This document shows, in pieces, positions 48,716 through 58,030 of a stretch of DNA of 64,000 bases. Source of the DNA: a virus. Lineage: Duplodnaviria > Caudoviricetes. Location of the stretch: IMG/VR virus record IMGVR_UViG_3300028048_000040, positions 160,001-224,000 of that record, one strand, 5' to 3'. The translations under genes were made by a program, and so were the position numbers. The number at the start of each line of letters is the position of its first letter. Position 1 is the stretch's first letter. The notes below the pieces were generated by a model that saw only the letters and a list, made by a program, of their open reading frames with translations, was not told the DNA's origin and did not search any database.

Positions 48716-49810
48716 TTGTCTTATCTTAAATTCAATGAATATAATTCTCCTTGGTCTACAAGAATGAATACTTTTATATCAGAAGATGATATTGGTGTAA
48801 ATTTATCTAGTTGGAATTCTGGAGAAATTAATACATTATTTATCACTGGCATTTCTGGATCTGGTAAAACTACTCTAGCTAAAAAGTATGCTAAAGATTT
48901 TAAATGTACTAAAGTACATCTAGATACATTTTGGCATATGGGATCTTTATCTTTAGATAAGATTAAAGCTTGGTGTCCATTAATATACCAATACATAGAT
49001 GAAGGTAGGGTAGATAAAAATTGGCTAAAACCATATTTAGCTAAGAAAAAGAAATCTTGTATTTCTATTTCTGATTATAAAGAAATAAGAAACACTCTTT
49101 ATAAATTTTTGGATTGGTGTCTTAAAAAGAAAGAAAGAAAAGTAATAGAGGGTGTAGATATTGCTGAATATGTTATAATTAGGCAATTATTAGAATATCC
49201 TATTATACTTAAAGGGACTTCAAAATATCATTCATTAGCTAGACGTTGGTCTAGAGATTGGGATCGTTTTAAGAAATCTGATAGAACTTTCTTATCGCAA
49301 TTAATAGATGATAAGGTTGTCTATGATATGTGGGAAACTGAACAAAACCATCTAAGACAAATCATACTTCATAGGAATGCAGAAATGACAACCTTAAAGG
49401 AATCTGTAGGAACATATCAAGATTCTCTTTCTATATATAATTCTCTTACTCCACAAGAAAAGAAATGGTGTTCTCCTTCAGGTAGATTTATAGATTCTCC
49501 TATATTGATTAGCAGACAAATAATCTATGATAGAAATAGACCTGCAGCATTTGGTGAAGTATATAAATGGAATGGTAAATCTAAAAATGTTGGTTTTATT
49601 GTATTAGCCGTACATAAAAATCATAGAGGAAAAGGATATGCTAGACAAGTCATAGATAGATGTATAGCCGAGATAAAACAATTAGGATATAATAGACTTA
49701 TCTATAGAGTAGATATAGAAAATACAGCATCTATTAGACTTGCTGAAAGATATGGATTTGAACTTACTAAAGAAAGTAAAGGTTATAAATCATTTAAATT
49801 AGATATTTAA
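48716..49810 (+). CDS. P-loop kinase-GNAT acetyltransferase fusion with MSYLKFNE leader
   Basis: GISGSGKTT, HLD, IEG; LAVHKNHRGKGYA and NTASIRLAERYGF. Confidence 0.8.
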   Translation: MSYLKFNEYNSPWSTRMNTFISEDDIGVNLSSWNSGEINTLFITGISGSGKTTLAKKYAKDFKCTKVHLDTFWHMGSLSLDKIKAWCPLIYQYIDEGRVDKNWLKPYLAKKKKSCISISDYKEIRNTLYKFLDWCLKKKERKVIEGVDIAEYVIIRQLLEYPIILKGTSKYHSLARRWSRDWDRFKKSDRTFLSQLIDDKVVYDMWETEQNHLRQIILHRNAEMTTLKESVGTYQDSLSIYNSLTPQEKKWCSPSGRFIDSPILISRQIIYDRNRPAAFGEVYKWNGKSKNVGFIVLAVHKNHRGKGYARQVIDRCIAEIKQLGYNRLIYRVDIENTASIRLAERYGFELTKESKGYKSFKLDI

Positions 49811-49959
49811 GATAAATTATACCTATATATAAAAAAGAATAGGTTGCGTGCCGGACAACCTATTCTATGAAGAGTAAATCTGAATAACATAAAACCGAGT
49901 ATTTAGATTTGCTGTTAAATATACCTCCTTAAAGGTAAACAAGTATATAAATTAGCCGT

Positions 49960-50145
49960 CTATTTATGAGTCTTCATGAAATCATGAATATCATTAAGAA
50001 CAGCTAATTTGATAAACTCTTCAGCAATGCCTGATGATTCAGCTTTAGCGGTGGGGCCAAAACTGAATACTTCGGGCATTTCATACTCTTTATCTAATAC
50101 AGACAAAGGGTTCTTACGTCCACTTAGGACAAACCGATTGTACAC
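49960..50145 (-). CDS. Small hypothetical early protein
   Basis: AAGGAGGTG RBS, GTG start, early promoter ~50198-50207 on -. Confidence 0.65.
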   Translation of the reverse strand: MYNRFVLSGRKNPLSVLDKEYEMPEVFSFGPTAKAESSGIAEEFIKLAVLNDIHDFMKTHK

Positions 50146-50372
50146 GGTTATCACCTCCTTTAGTTTCAGAGGTTATTCTTATCTATTCTTCATGACTATA
50201 GTATATATCTGAAACTAAAGACTCCCTAGGGTATACACCCTAGGGAGTTTAATTTTATGACTTAGAGATATTATAACATTATATTAGACTAAGAATATTA
50301 CAAATCATATCAATATTCCCTAGGGTATTATACCCTAGGGGAAATTATTATTATTATTAGGGGGAAGAAAAT

Positions 50373-50873
50373 ATGACAGCACAAGTAATAACTGCTCCAG
50401 AAGATGAGTTGAATAGGTATATACCTGTATTTCTTGCTGGAGGAATAACCAATTGTAAAGATTGGCAATCAGAAGTGATAGAAGAGCTAATAGATGAAAA
50501 AATAACAATCTATAATCCTAGACGAAAGTATTTTGATATAACAGATAAAAATATATCTTATGAACAAATTGAATGGGAATTTAGACAACTAGAATATATG
50601 GATATCTTTAGTATATATTTTTGTGGTGGTGATTCAATTCAGCCAATCTGTATGTATGAATTAGGAAGAAACATTATCCGTATGCAGAATAGATTTCCTA
50701 GTGATTGGGAAAAAAGAATAGTTATCAGTTGTGAGGTTGATTATATAAGAAAAGAAGATGTAATCATTCAGACAGAACTAGCTACACATAATAAAGTGTT
50801 TGTAGAACATAATGCTACTCCTAAACTACATGCTCAGTATATTAAGAGAGCTATTAGAAATATAAAAAGATAA
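50373..50873 (+). CDS. Nucleoside 2-deoxyribosyltransferase-like protein / dNMP N-glycosidase
   Basis: VFLAGGI...WQ, IYNPRR, QIEWE, PICMYELG. Confidence 0.8.
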   Translation: MTAQVITAPEDELNRYIPVFLAGGITNCKDWQSEVIEELIDEKITIYNPRRKYFDITDKNISYEQIEWEFRQLEYMDIFSIYFCGGDSIQPICMYELGRNIIRMQNRFPSDWEKRIVISCEVDYIRKEDVIIQTELATHNKVFVEHNATPKLHAQYIKRAIRNIKR

Positions 50874-50882
50874 ACAAAGGGA

Positions 50883-50972
50883 TTCCCCTAGAGCTTAATA
50901 GCTCTAGGGGCATGCAAAATGAAGTATTTAGTTATTGATCGTGTATACCATAGGCAGAGCGCATAAACGATC
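50883..50972 (-). ncRNA. Candidate ~90-nt sRNA
   Basis: Promoter TACA-ATATAG-TG (50983-50972), 5' hairpin GATCGT...ACGATC, UUCAUUUUGCAU, terminator 50885-50910. Confidence 0.5.
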
Positions 50973-50994
50973 ACTATATTGTACATAGAACTAT

Positions 50995-51136
50995 AAAAAA
51001 TAACACCCAGAGTTTGTAAGAACTGAATCATCCAACTATTCAATTTCTCTGAGTGTTATTGTAGGGGTATTGACTTAGGTTGAATCACTTTCACTTATCT
51101 AGTGATAATTTACTTATGATTCTATACCCCTATATC
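50995..51136 (-). ncRNA. Candidate ~140-nt two-hairpin early ncRNA
   Basis: Early promoter 51152-51143; stems 51124-51132/51062-51070 and 51047-51060/50999-51012; U tail. Confidence 0.55.
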
Positions 51137-51169
51137 ATATATATAATATATAAATGAAAAACTAGACTA

Positions 51170-51279
51170 AAACTACCCCTAGATCCATATAGATCTAGGG
51201 GATAGTAAAAAGAAAGGAAGAAATAAAATGAATGTAATAATGTGGAGAAATTATGAGAAATTTTAGAAAGGAATTGATT
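51170..51279 (-). ncRNA. Candidate ~110-nt sRNA with three anti-RBS tracts
   Basis: Promoter TACT-TATATT-TA (51290-51279); terminator 51176-51201. Confidence 0.55.
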
Positions 51280-51353
51280 AAATATAAGTAGACTCTATTA
51301 TAACTTTTGATTGACTTTATGTAAATAGTTATATATTATAATGATGAAAGGAG

Positions 51354-51608
51354 TTGAAAGTTATGGATATTGATAAAATAATGAACGATTCTAATCCAGA
51401 ACTTGAGAAAGAACTAAGAAAAGAATTTGAAGACCATTTTAAAAATATTGATTATAGTGAGCACGTATGTGGAGATATGGAAATCTATTCAGATTTTGAA
51501 ATTTTTAAAAAATATAGAAAGATACAAAAAGATGCTGAGAAAAATGGTCTAACGATAGAGCATATAAATGCTATGAATACTTTGAGTTGTCAAGCTATGT
51601 CTATATGA
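51354..51608 (+). CDS. Hypothetical protein
   Basis: Promoter 51330, AAGGAG RBS. Confidence 0.65.
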   Translation: MKVMDIDKIMNDSNPELEKELRKEFEDHFKNIDYSEHVCGDMEIYSDFEIFKKYRKIQKDAEKNGLTIEHINAMNTLSCQAMSI

Positions 51609-51634
51609 AGAGGAGGGATAACCCTCCTTTATTT

Positions 51635-52621
51635 TTATTTGATAGGTTGTTTATTTTTAGCTTTTCTTATAGTATCTTCATCTAATTTAGGAATTGGTTT
51701 ATTTTTAACGCCTTTATCTAATATTCTATGTCTCATGTCTTTAAAACGATCTGGAGCTGAACTATCATTCTTGTCTTTTGTATTAGCAGCTACTACATGG
51801 GCATTATATTCTGTTGGGTTAGTATAATATTCATTTTTGGCTTTATTTAAAGCAACCTTTGCCTTTGCTGCTTCAGGATTGTAGAGATGAGGATTTTTTA
51901 TCTTATCTTTAGCTTCATCATATTCTTTTTGTGCTTTTTGAGCATTGTATGATGCCATTCTATTTTTTAATTCTAATTCTCTAGCAGCTTTTTTACCATG
52001 AGTTTTCTCTACATAAACACTATCTTTAATATGAGTAGTTTCATGATTCTTAGATTTCATTTTACCTAGCAAAATATGATCTTTTACTTTTTCTTTTAGT
52101 TCTTCATCATCAACACCAATATTATCTGTTCTATGTGCGTTCTTATTAATATACATAGTTTTTCTAACAGTATTAGAAGCAGCTTTGGAACTTTGTTCTA
52201 TAGGAGTCTTCTGATTTGGATCTCTTTCCTGCACTGCTTTGACATATGCTGGTTTGGTACTATTGTCATTTTCGATTGATGAATATACTCCTAAATGTAT
52301 ACCAGGATTTTTAGGATTCTTTACACCAATAGGAAGTTTTCTCTTAAGAGCCAATCTATTAAGTTTCTCATTATTTAAGTTTTGTCTTAAAGTAGCATTA
52401 GATTCTGACGCTTTGCTAGCATCCTCTTTATTCTCGAATTCTCCTAAGTTATTTGGTTTGACTTTTCTATTTCTGTTCCCTTGTACTTTCTTTCCATCTT
52501 TTACAGGTTCTAAATCATTTCTAGTAGGAGAAGAAGTCAATTTCAGTTTCTGGTATTTTCTATTATGAGAATCCTCTAATAAATAATTTGATAAACTTTT
52601 ATCAATATATAAATATGACAA
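51635..52621 (-). CDS. Basic protein with HExxH motif and MSYL leader
   Basis: AAGGTG RBS, TTG start 52621; HETTH...PTEYNAH. Confidence 0.6.
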   Translation of the reverse strand: MSYLYIDKSLSNYLLEDSHNRKYQKLKLTSSPTRNDLEPVKDGKKVQGNRNRKVKPNNLGEFENKEDASKASESNATLRQNLNNEKLNRLALKRKLPIGVKNPKNPGIHLGVYSSIENDNSTKPAYVKAVQERDPNQKTPIEQSSKAASNTVRKTMYINKNAHRTDNIGVDDEELKEKVKDHILLGKMKSKNHETTHIKDSVYVEKTHGKKAARELELKNRMASYNAQKAQKEYDEAKDKIKNPHLYNPEAAKAKVALNKAKNEYYTNPTEYNAHVVAANTKDKNDSSAPDRFKDMRHRILDKGVKNKPIPKLDEDTIRKAKNKQPIK

Positions 52622-52684
52622 TTTAATAACCACCTTTCTATGTATTATATATTTTAGTATATAATACATAAACAACATTTTATT

Positions 52685-52847
52685 ACATCTAAATAAGACA
52701 CAGTGTGGATGCGAATCGAGAACAATATAGGGTTGCTGTTAAGAAGAATCATAATAACAAGTTCTTAGTTTGCTATTCATTTGTGTCACCTACTTACATT
52801 ACAAATTTAAATATAATTCCCTTAGGTGAAATATCCTAAGGGAGTTT
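52685..52847 (+). ncRNA. Candidate long-hairpin sRNA
   Basis: Promoter AACA-TTTTAT-TA 52674; irregular stem GACACA...TGTGTC; terminator 52817-52842. Confidence 0.55.
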
Positions 52848-52907
52848 ATATTGTCTTACAAAAATGTACATTTCCCCTAGGCTATGATTAGCCTAGGGGA
52901 TATTCTT

Positions 52908-53648
52908 TTATTCTCTATGCAATCCTTTCTGTTCTGCATTTTGTTTCTTCAATGTTCTTGGTAAGAAGTAATCTGTATTTACCAAATTAGATTGAATATG
53001 TGCAGATAATAAATATGCTGATATTAGATTTCTTGCTATGGAATCAGAGTTGGTCACTTCTACTTCACTCATACTAACCTGACCCTTAGCATTTATCTCA
53101 TTATAGAATTCATTCTTTGCATTCATTGCATCACCACGGACTGTTATCAATTCATCCATAGTGTTTTCTAGATTCATGACTGCTAATGATTCTACTTCTC
53201 TGTCTGATAGCTGTGAGTTCTTATCTGTATCAATAAGATTACCAGTCTTATAATCTCTCTTAGATATATCAGTAGAGAATGCTGATTTCTTTACTACCAT
53301 CTGTTTCATTCTCTTTAATGGTAGATATACTACGCAGACTTTCTGACTCTTTACTGGTACACCATCAGAGTTGGTATATAAGAATGGCATATTTACTTCT
53401 TCATTTATTGGTACATTTATAGATTGTAGAGCTTTCATAATAGTATCCATAGTAGGATCTATCTCAAATGGTTTATACTGGAACTTAAGAGGGAAGTCTT
53501 GTTTGAAAAAATCATAGAATTGTTTATCATTCATTTTAGCAAACTTCTTCTTATAGTATTCAGTGTTTTGACCAGTTGGATCCATGATATTCATCACATC
53601 ATAGATTTTCTTCTCTACTTTCAATCTCTTATCTTTTGTTATAGCCAA
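52908..53648 (-). CDS. Virion RNAP beta extreme C-terminal fragment (phiKZ gp176-like)
   Basis: VYLPLKRMKQMVVKK...KTG...LSDREVESL...ELITVRGD parallels the RpoB C-terminus GEMEVWAL...EMLTVKSD. Confidence 0.6.
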   Translation of the reverse strand: MAITKDKRLKVEKKIYDVMNIMDPTGQNTEYYKKKFAKMNDKQFYDFFKQDFPLKFQYKPFEIDPTMDTIMKALQSINVPINEEVNMPFLYTNSDGVPVKSQKVCVVYLPLKRMKQMVVKKSAFSTDISKRDYKTGNLIDTDKNSQLSDREVESLAVMNLENTMDELITVRGDAMNAKNEFYNEINAKGQVSMSEVEVTNSDSIARNLISAYLLSAHIQSNLVNTDYFLPRTLKKQNAEQKGLHRE

Positions 53649-53663
53649 TTATAATCTCTCCTA

Positions 53664-54284
53664 TTAATTTTTATGCTTTTCTCTAGCAGCAGCTCTTCTC
53701 TGTTCATTTTCTGCACGACGAGCAGCATAAGTTTCATCAGTATGACCCTTTTTATCTAAAATACCTATTAACCTAGAAGCTGCTAATGTCCTTCTATTAT
53801 TTTTTGCATTATGATACATTGCATATGCAGGATTGTTTCCATATTTATCTGATGTTATAGAGTTAGTTTTAATTGCTCCACCATCCATATTTGTAGAAAA
53901 AGCTTTATCTCGTTTTGCCAATTTTTTATCTACATCATCTTTTCCACTCAAAATAACCTTTGATTTTTCTTCTGCTTTGTCTTTAGCTAATTTAAATAAA
54001 TGATGTTCTGCACCAAAACGTTCTTTTACTTTTGCTAAAAAACCTTTTGAATCATCTGTAGTATCTCTAGCTCTTTTTTTAGCTTTAGCTCCAAATAGTC
54101 TTACTGCTAAATTATGTTGTTTTGGAACAAAACCTTTAGCTCGTTCATATGCAGATTCATCTCCTCTATTTCTATGATGCATTAGATCTTGTCCTATCTT
54201 TTCTATACTTTTTTGTGTTACTTCTTCATCAAATGATTCAAAATTATTGGGAATATGATACAAATTGTTAAAATTAATACTCAT
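53664..54284 (-). CDS. Basic hypothetical protein, putative internal head protein
   Basis: Late operon; acidic leader followed by a K/R/A-rich body. Confidence 0.6.
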   Translation of the reverse strand: MSINFNNLYHIPNNFESFDEEVTQKSIEKIGQDLMHHRNRGDESAYERAKGFVPKQHNLAVRLFGAKAKKRARDTTDDSKGFLAKVKERFGAEHHLFKLAKDKAEEKSKVILSGKDDVDKKLAKRDKAFSTNMDGGAIKTNSITSDKYGNNPAYAMYHNAKNNRRTLAASRLIGILDKKGHTDETYAARRAENEQRRAAAREKHKN

Positions 54285-54307
54285 AATTATCTACCTCTTT
54301 ATATTTT

Positions 54308-55345
54308 TCAATACTTTATAAAATATCCATTAGTCTTTCTTATATCTGCTATCTTCTTATTCATTGCTGTAGGATCAGCCAACTTAGCAGAACTATTATT
54401 ACTAAAATAATTAGACGGAAGATAACCTTCAATCTTATTATAGTAAAACTTAATGATACTATCTCTAACACTATCATCTTTTGTATTAAATACTTGATCT
54501 ACATATTTCTTACATGCAATAATATTATCTTCTAATTCTTTCTTACTTTTAGATGATAAAGAAGGATCATTTTTAAGATCAGACTCCATTTGTCTTATTT
54601 GTACTAATAATCTCTCTTTAGTATTAGGATGACAATCTGAATCAGAAATAGATTTAGCAGCTGCCCAAATTACTTGCTTTACTGCTCCTAATATATTTAG
54701 TACAGGTACATCTTTAAAAGTTCTATCAAAAGCAGTAGATTTCATTCTCTTAAGAAGATCACCATTCATAGTTACTACTTGCATAATCTCTTTACTATAT
54801 CCATACATTCCTGCAAATTGATCTGCAAATTTCTCATCTACTCTATCAGTTAATTTATCTTTAGAGAATACAAATATAGAAAATGAATGTCCTATTTCAT
54901 GTAATAAAACCGCTACTATTTGAGATGGGGTAAATGATAACTTACCATCATCTCTAGGAAACAATAATCCTAATGTAAATAGAATAACTATATTAAGATC
55001 TCTTGTATTCTTATCAAATGAAAATCCATGTTTAGTAATGACAACTTTAGTTGGAGTTTTATCTTTATTATTCTTAGGGTATATTATAGTAGCAGCATTA
55101 ACTCCTAGACCTCTATTAATTCCTACAGCTACATCATTAAATCCAAATGTTTTTGCTAAACAATTTGGTATTTTTTTTAGTATTATATCATCTCTAAGGA
55201 GTTCTTTATATTCTTCATTGTGAGTTGCTAGATAATTAGATGAATAAGGATATCTAGCTCTTAATTCTGTTATATAATCTTCTAGATCTAGTAATGCTTG
55301 CGTTTTACCAAAATATGCTTCATTAAGTGATTTTAATTCTTCCAA
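54308..55345 (-). CDS. Zincin (M48-like) metallopeptidase, probable virion protein
   Basis: NA, LLHEIGH, EKFADQFA, HPNTKER; LNE near the N-terminus. Confidence 0.75.
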   Translation of the reverse strand: MEELKSLNEAYFGKTQALLDLEDYITELRARYPYSSNYLATHNEEYKELLRDDIILKKIPNCLAKTFGFNDVAVGINRGLGVNAATIIYPKNNKDKTPTKVVITKHGFSFDKNTRDLNIVILFTLGLLFPRDDGKLSFTPSQIVAVLLHEIGHSFSIFVFSKDKLTDRVDEKFADQFAGMYGYSKEIMQVVTMNGDLLKRMKSTAFDRTFKDVPVLNILGAVKQVIWAAAKSISDSDCHPNTKERLLVQIRQMESDLKNDPSLSSKSKKELEDNIIACKKYVDQVFNTKDDSVRDSIIKFYYNKIEGYLPSNYFSNNSSAKLADPTAMNKKIADIRKTNGYFIKY

Positions 55346-55458
55346 ATTTCATCACCTTCTTATTTTTACTATATATGTGTTCCAGAAGTTCCCACTATCG
55401 GGAACTTCTGATCGTCTCTTTTCTCAAAAACGAAATTAAACGACTATGCGTGTATACT

Positions 55459-56664
55459 TCACTTATTAGCGAATATTATCGTTAAAGTGAAATATGTAAG
55501 AAGAGATTTAATATAACTCTGCTTAGTAGCTTCTCTAGACTTTCTCTTTCTAAATCTAACAGAATTATCCTCTAATAGATCCATAGTAATATCTTTTATT
55601 CTATTAATAGTTTCATCTTTAGAATTTGGTTTAGGTCTAGTAGCATATGATAAGAATGCATTAGATACTACATCTTTATTTGTAGATTGGTTCATATAAG
55701 ATCCAATCATACTAGTTACTAACTCTCTTACTAATTTCACATTATCTCTATTATTCAATATAGACTCTACAATCTGCTTAACTTCTTCTGTCTTTACATT
55801 AGCATCTGCAGAAGCTTTACACAATTTATAATCTACTTGAGAAGTATTTATTCTCTCCATTGTTTTCTGAGTATACTTCTGTAATTTAAACATGTCATTA
55901 TCTGTTAAATGATATGATCCTCCACCTTCTCCTTCAGGTATAGCATCATTATCATAAGTAATATACTCCTTATTATCATATGCTTCATAATAAAGAGTAG
56001 CTATATTTTTCATAAAGGATTTAATACGATTATGAATCTGCTGAACTACATAGACTACATCTTCATCATCAAAATCCATAAATTCTTTCTTATATGAATC
56101 TACCCATAATAATGATATAGTCTTTATAGCACCCATTACAGTTCCTGATCTTTTTAACTCATACTTATTCGTTAATCTAGTATTTACCACATACTCCATA
56201 ATGTGTCTATACTTAGTAGGAGCAAAAGTAAATGATCCAGAATGAATAGATGGATATAATTTACCAGAAAAAGAAAGATAGATTACTGCTAGATCTAGAT
56301 TCTTCTGATCTTTCTTAATAAGAAAATATCTTACTACACAAAGAGCTACTATTGTAGTAGAATCTTTAGCAGCTTGTGGATTAAACTTCTTTATATCTGC
56401 ATAATATGTATGCTTCATGCAGGTATTTATATCTTTCATATCTAATCCCAACGCATCAAAGAGTATTTCCCTATCTGAATCATGATAATATATTCTGTCT
56501 ACTGGCATAGAATCAAATAATGCTTGGGATCTATCATGAATGAATCTAGATATACACTGTTTCCATTGAGCTAGTCTTCTACTTAATCCTTGCTCTACTT
56601 TAGGATATATCTCTTTAAGTACAGCTTCGGTATTATAGTTAGACTTCTTATGTCCTACCGCCAT
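55459..56664 (-). CDS. Conserved jumbo-phage late/virion protein
   Basis: Late promoter 56702-56713, GGGAGG RBS; alpha-helical, 401 aa. Confidence 0.6.
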   Translation of the reverse strand: MAVGHKKSNYNTEAVLKEIYPKVEQGLSRRLAQWKQCISRFIHDRSQALFDSMPVDRIYYHDSDREILFDALGLDMKDINTCMKHTYYADIKKFNPQAAKDSTTIVALCVVRYFLIKKDQKNLDLAVIYLSFSGKLYPSIHSGSFTFAPTKYRHIMEYVVNTRLTNKYELKRSGTVMGAIKTISLLWVDSYKKEFMDFDDEDVVYVVQQIHNRIKSFMKNIATLYYEAYDNKEYITYDNDAIPEGEGGGSYHLTDNDMFKLQKYTQKTMERINTSQVDYKLCKASADANVKTEEVKQIVESILNNRDNVKLVRELVTSMIGSYMNQSTNKDVVSNAFLSYATRPKPNSKDETINRIKDITMDLLEDNSVRFRKRKSREATKQSYIKSLLTYFTLTIIFANK

Positions 56665-56818
56665 ATTTCACATTCCTCCCTATAAAATCCTTGATTTTAC
56701 TTACCTTATTGTTTTCCTAAGCACTATTCAGAAAAAAAAATAACTAGAAAGGGATATCAAGTCAATCTAGTTATTTTCTTATCGTTGTAGGATGCCTAGA
56801 TACCATGAATTAGTTTAC

Positions 56819-57442
56819 TTATTGATTTTTCATATGCTCTTCTAATCTACTAATTCTACCAACTATACGAGTTCTTCTAATTAATTCTTCATTAGCATTT
56901 TCTATAAAGAATGGTATAACATTTTGAATCAGATTATATCTGAATTCTTTTGCAATAGAGTTTTGTAATCCTCCAGCTATTATATATAATACTTGCGTAT
57001 CAATATAGTCTGGAATCAGCATTTCTATAGAAGATGGTCTAGATCTAGATGATGGGCAATTATCATCAAAGAAACCTATACCCCTTCCTTCCCATTGAAC
57101 AAATTCATTTTGTACATTCTTTAGATGTTTATATAATCTATCCCATTTGACTATGTAATGAGCATCGCTCATATTTACATATGGATGATTATAATCTTTT
57201 TTTCTCAAACCTAGAAAGTTCGCTGCATCATATCTATGAATATAAATAAGTCTAGTATCAATAGTTTTCCTAGTAGATTTATCTATTACTGGTACCAAAC
57301 AGGATGCTCCGCGTATACCTTCTGGTGATACACTATATATAGGATAATCTCCCTTATAAGTTTTATCTATAAGAGCAAATTTAAAATTAGGGTCTATTTC
57401 AGAGTTGTGCTTATAATTGCTACTAAAATAATTATCTTTCAT
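56819..57442 (-). CDS. Bro-N / antirepressor-like DNA-binding protein
   Basis: AANFLGL...VKWDRL...IPDYI...YIIA...AKEF...VIPFF pattern. Confidence 0.6.
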   Translation of the reverse strand: MKDNYFSSNYKHNSEIDPNFKFALIDKTYKGDYPIYSVSPEGIRGASCLVPVIDKSTRKTIDTRLIYIHRYDAANFLGLRKKDYNHPYVNMSDAHYIVKWDRLYKHLKNVQNEFVQWEGRGIGFFDDNCPSSRSRPSSIEMLIPDYIDTQVLYIIAGGLQNSIAKEFRYNLIQNVIPFFIENANEELIRRTRIVGRISRLEEHMKNQ

Positions 57443-57620
57443 AATGATTCTCCTTTAGTAAATTTAAATTAATACCCACATGTGGGTATTAATTTTTATC
57501 TCGTATTCTATTCATAAACTTTACCCTCCTTTCAAAAATCTACATTTATATTACCAATATTATAGTATATAAATAAAATTTTATATTAATAATAATTTAT
57601 AAATGAACGTACACTATAGT

Positions 57621-57909
57621 ACAAAATAAAGTCGCGAGGGTTAAGATGTACATAGTATAACTATGGATATCGAAGACTATAAAAACCCTTGATTCATACG
57701 AATCAATTTTCTTATGTTGTTAAGTCAAACATAGGCGGCATCAGAGATTTAATTGCTTTGGTGATTCACACATGAAGATTGAATCAAAATAAATTTTTAT
57801 GTGTGACCGGGGGGAAGCAGGGTAGAGGGGGTCACCCTTTGTTTTTTTCAGGCTTTTGAAGATTTCATCAAATATCTCTAGGAGATTATCTCTCCTAGAG
57901 AATATTTTT
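57621..57909 (+). ncRNA. Candidate ~290-nt multi-hairpin ncRNA with a G-rich tract
   Basis: Promoter TACA-CTATAG-TA 57610, serial hairpins, terminator 57875-57901. Confidence 0.5.
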
Positions 57910-58030
57910 GTTCTATAAACTTTAATCCTGTTAATATATTCTATTAAATAAAAAATCTAAATCTAAAAGTAAACAAAAAAATAGAAATATACTATTCTAT
58001 TGAGGTGAGTTAGAGAGAGGAGTAATCAAA

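Noticed and set aside
56731-56777. Additional sRNA between 56664 and 56819
   Set aside because: Explained as the minus-strand terminator of the Bro-N gene followed by a late promoter.
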